This document shows positions 62,721 to 64,000 of a DNA stretch of 64,000 bases, piece by piece. Under the pieces are notes generated by a model, which saw nothing but the letters and a program-made list of their open reading frames with translations, had not been told where the DNA came from and searched no databases. Position numbers and translations under genes: made by a program. Source of the DNA: Candidatus Bathyarchaeota archaeon (GTDB lineage: Archaea; Thermoproteota; Bathyarchaeia; Bathyarchaeales; Bathycorpusculaceae). Position 1 is the stretch's first letter. Every line of letters starts with the position of its first letter. Location of the stretch: NCBI GenBank assembly GCA_963767735.1, contig CAVYES010000006.1:512001-576000 (forward strand), read 5' to 3'.

Positions 62721-62879
62721 AAAGACGTCAACAAACCTTTCTATTTTTATAGTCAAATTTTATCTTGTGCTCAAAGCTAAGAATAAAGATAAATCCGTCA
62801 TTCAGCTATAATTACAGTGAAGCACTTATGTTCACAATTTTTCTTACGTAATTGCTAGCAGGGAGGTGAGAAAGGAGAG

Positions 62880-63263
62880 ATGGACCATACGATAGTTCAC
62901 TTTGAAATTCCCGCTCAAGATGTAGAAAAACTTAAGCAGTTTTATGAAGAAGTTTTTGGCTGGAAAATAATCCAGTACGCTTCACCAGAAGATTATTGGG
63001 TTATACAAACTGTTCCTGTCGACTCAAATGGTTTGCCGCTGAGGCCAGGCGTAAACGGGGGCATGTTTAGGAAGCAACAGTCTGAAATTAAACCTATCAA
63101 CTATTTTGCTGTTGAGTCCATAAACGATTATTTAGCTAAAATTCAAAAGCTAGGAGGCAAAGTGATTTCGCCCAAGCAGGAAGTTCCTAATGTTGGTTGG
63201 ATCGCTGCGGCAGAGGATCCTGAAGGAAACAAGTTTGCGCTTATTCAGCCCTTACGCGTTTAG
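62880..63263 (+). CDS. VOC/glyoxalase family protein
   Basis: VHFEIPA..FYEEVFGW, GVNGG, DPEGNKFAL. Confidence 0.9.
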   Translation: MDHTIVHFEIPAQDVEKLKQFYEEVFGWKIIQYASPEDYWVIQTVPVDSNGLPLRPGVNGGMFRKQQSEIKPINYFAVESINDYLAKIQKLGGKVISPKQEVPNVGWIAAAEDPEGNKFALIQPLRV

Positions 63264-63274
63264 AACTCAAATGA

Positions 63275-64000
63275 TTAATTAATTACTCCCGTTGCCTTCG
63301 CTGTTTTCTCGCAGGCTTCAAAATTAAGGTTTAACTTTTGAAGGATTGTGTAGCGTTCAGGTCTTATTTTCGCTGCTGCCTCCAACGCTTTGACTAAATC
63401 AACGTCTTTAACGCCTAATTCGCTGGCAGTTGTTGGTGCACCTATAAGCTTGAGCGTTTTTCTTATTTTTTGCCAGTTTGCCCCGTAAAGATAAGCCGCC
63501 AATATTGAGCCTACGCCGCATTGTTCGCCGTGCATGGCATGATTTGAATTCAACATGTCTAAGGCGTGGCTAAACAGGTGTTCGGAACCGCTGCAGGGTC
63601 GGCTGCTTCCAGCGATGCTCATGGCAACGCCGCAGCTTATCAAAGCCTCAAGAAGAACGTGTAATCCTTCGTCTTTGTGGGAGACAATTAACTTTGCGTT
63701 TTCAATAACCAGTTTTGAACTCATTAAGGCTAAGCTGGCCGCGTATTCGCCGTAATACTCATTTTGTTCCAGATGTGCCAGTTTCCAATCTTTAACTGCT
63801 GTAATTTTGGCAACGACGTCTCCGCAGCCGCTTATTACAAAACGCCATGGTGCTTGGGCAATTACTTCTGTGTCAGCAATTATCGCCAGCGGTGCTTGTG
63901 CTAGTACTGAGTATGGTTTGTCTGAACCTTTAATGGAAGCTAACGGGCTTGCGATGCCATCATGAGAAACAGTTGTGGGCACGCTGATGAAGGGGACGTT
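63275..64000 (-). CDS. egsA: Glycerol-1-phosphate dehydrogenase (3' part; 5' end outside window)
   Basis: [50 protein letters not shown]. Confidence 0.93.
   Translation of the reverse strand, partial: NVPFISVPTTVSHDGIASPLASIKGSDKPYSVLAQAPLAIIADTEVIAQAPWRFVISGCGDVVAKITAVKDWKLAHLEQNEYYGEYAASLALMSSKLVIENAKLIVSHKDEGLHVLLEALISCGVAMSIAGSSRPCSGSEHLFSHALDMLNSNHAMHGEQCGVGSILAAYLYGANWQKIRKTLKLIGAPTTASELGVKDVDLVKALEAAAKIRPERYTILQKLNLNFEACEKTAKATGVIN

Overview
Archaeal DNA. TFB, a Cren7-like protein, EgsA, a BHB-intron tRNA, PEF-type sorting tails and many REC/PAS kinases fit a Bathyarchaeia-like host; the taxonomy is an inference. Most of the window (about 7-61 kb) is an accessory region anchored at an intron-containing tRNA-Ser(GGA) (61016..61130, - strand). 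Five structures stand out beyond the gene list. (1) Seven co-oriented attP-like repeats (up to ~140 bp), each carrying the tRNA-Ser 3' end next to one or two TTTTTAC(C/T)(A/G)GTAAAA boxes, divide the region into 0.9-19 kb units, like a tRNA-anchored cassette array. (2) A 7.6 kb element with a divergent tyrosine recombinase sits inside the PEF sorting-signal codons of a YVTN surface-protein gene (8 bp TTCTGGAA direct repeat) and cuts off its membrane anchor. (3) That element carries a multi-hairpin candidate ncRNA. (4) A TATGAACAAATC-N9-TATA promoter architecture occurs six times around glnA, an APC permease gene, an Lrp gene and tiny ORFs. (5) A host repeat family pairs a conserved CAACCTGCAAAC block with copy-specific 10 bp-period tandem arrays. 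All alignments were made by eye and no database searches were run.
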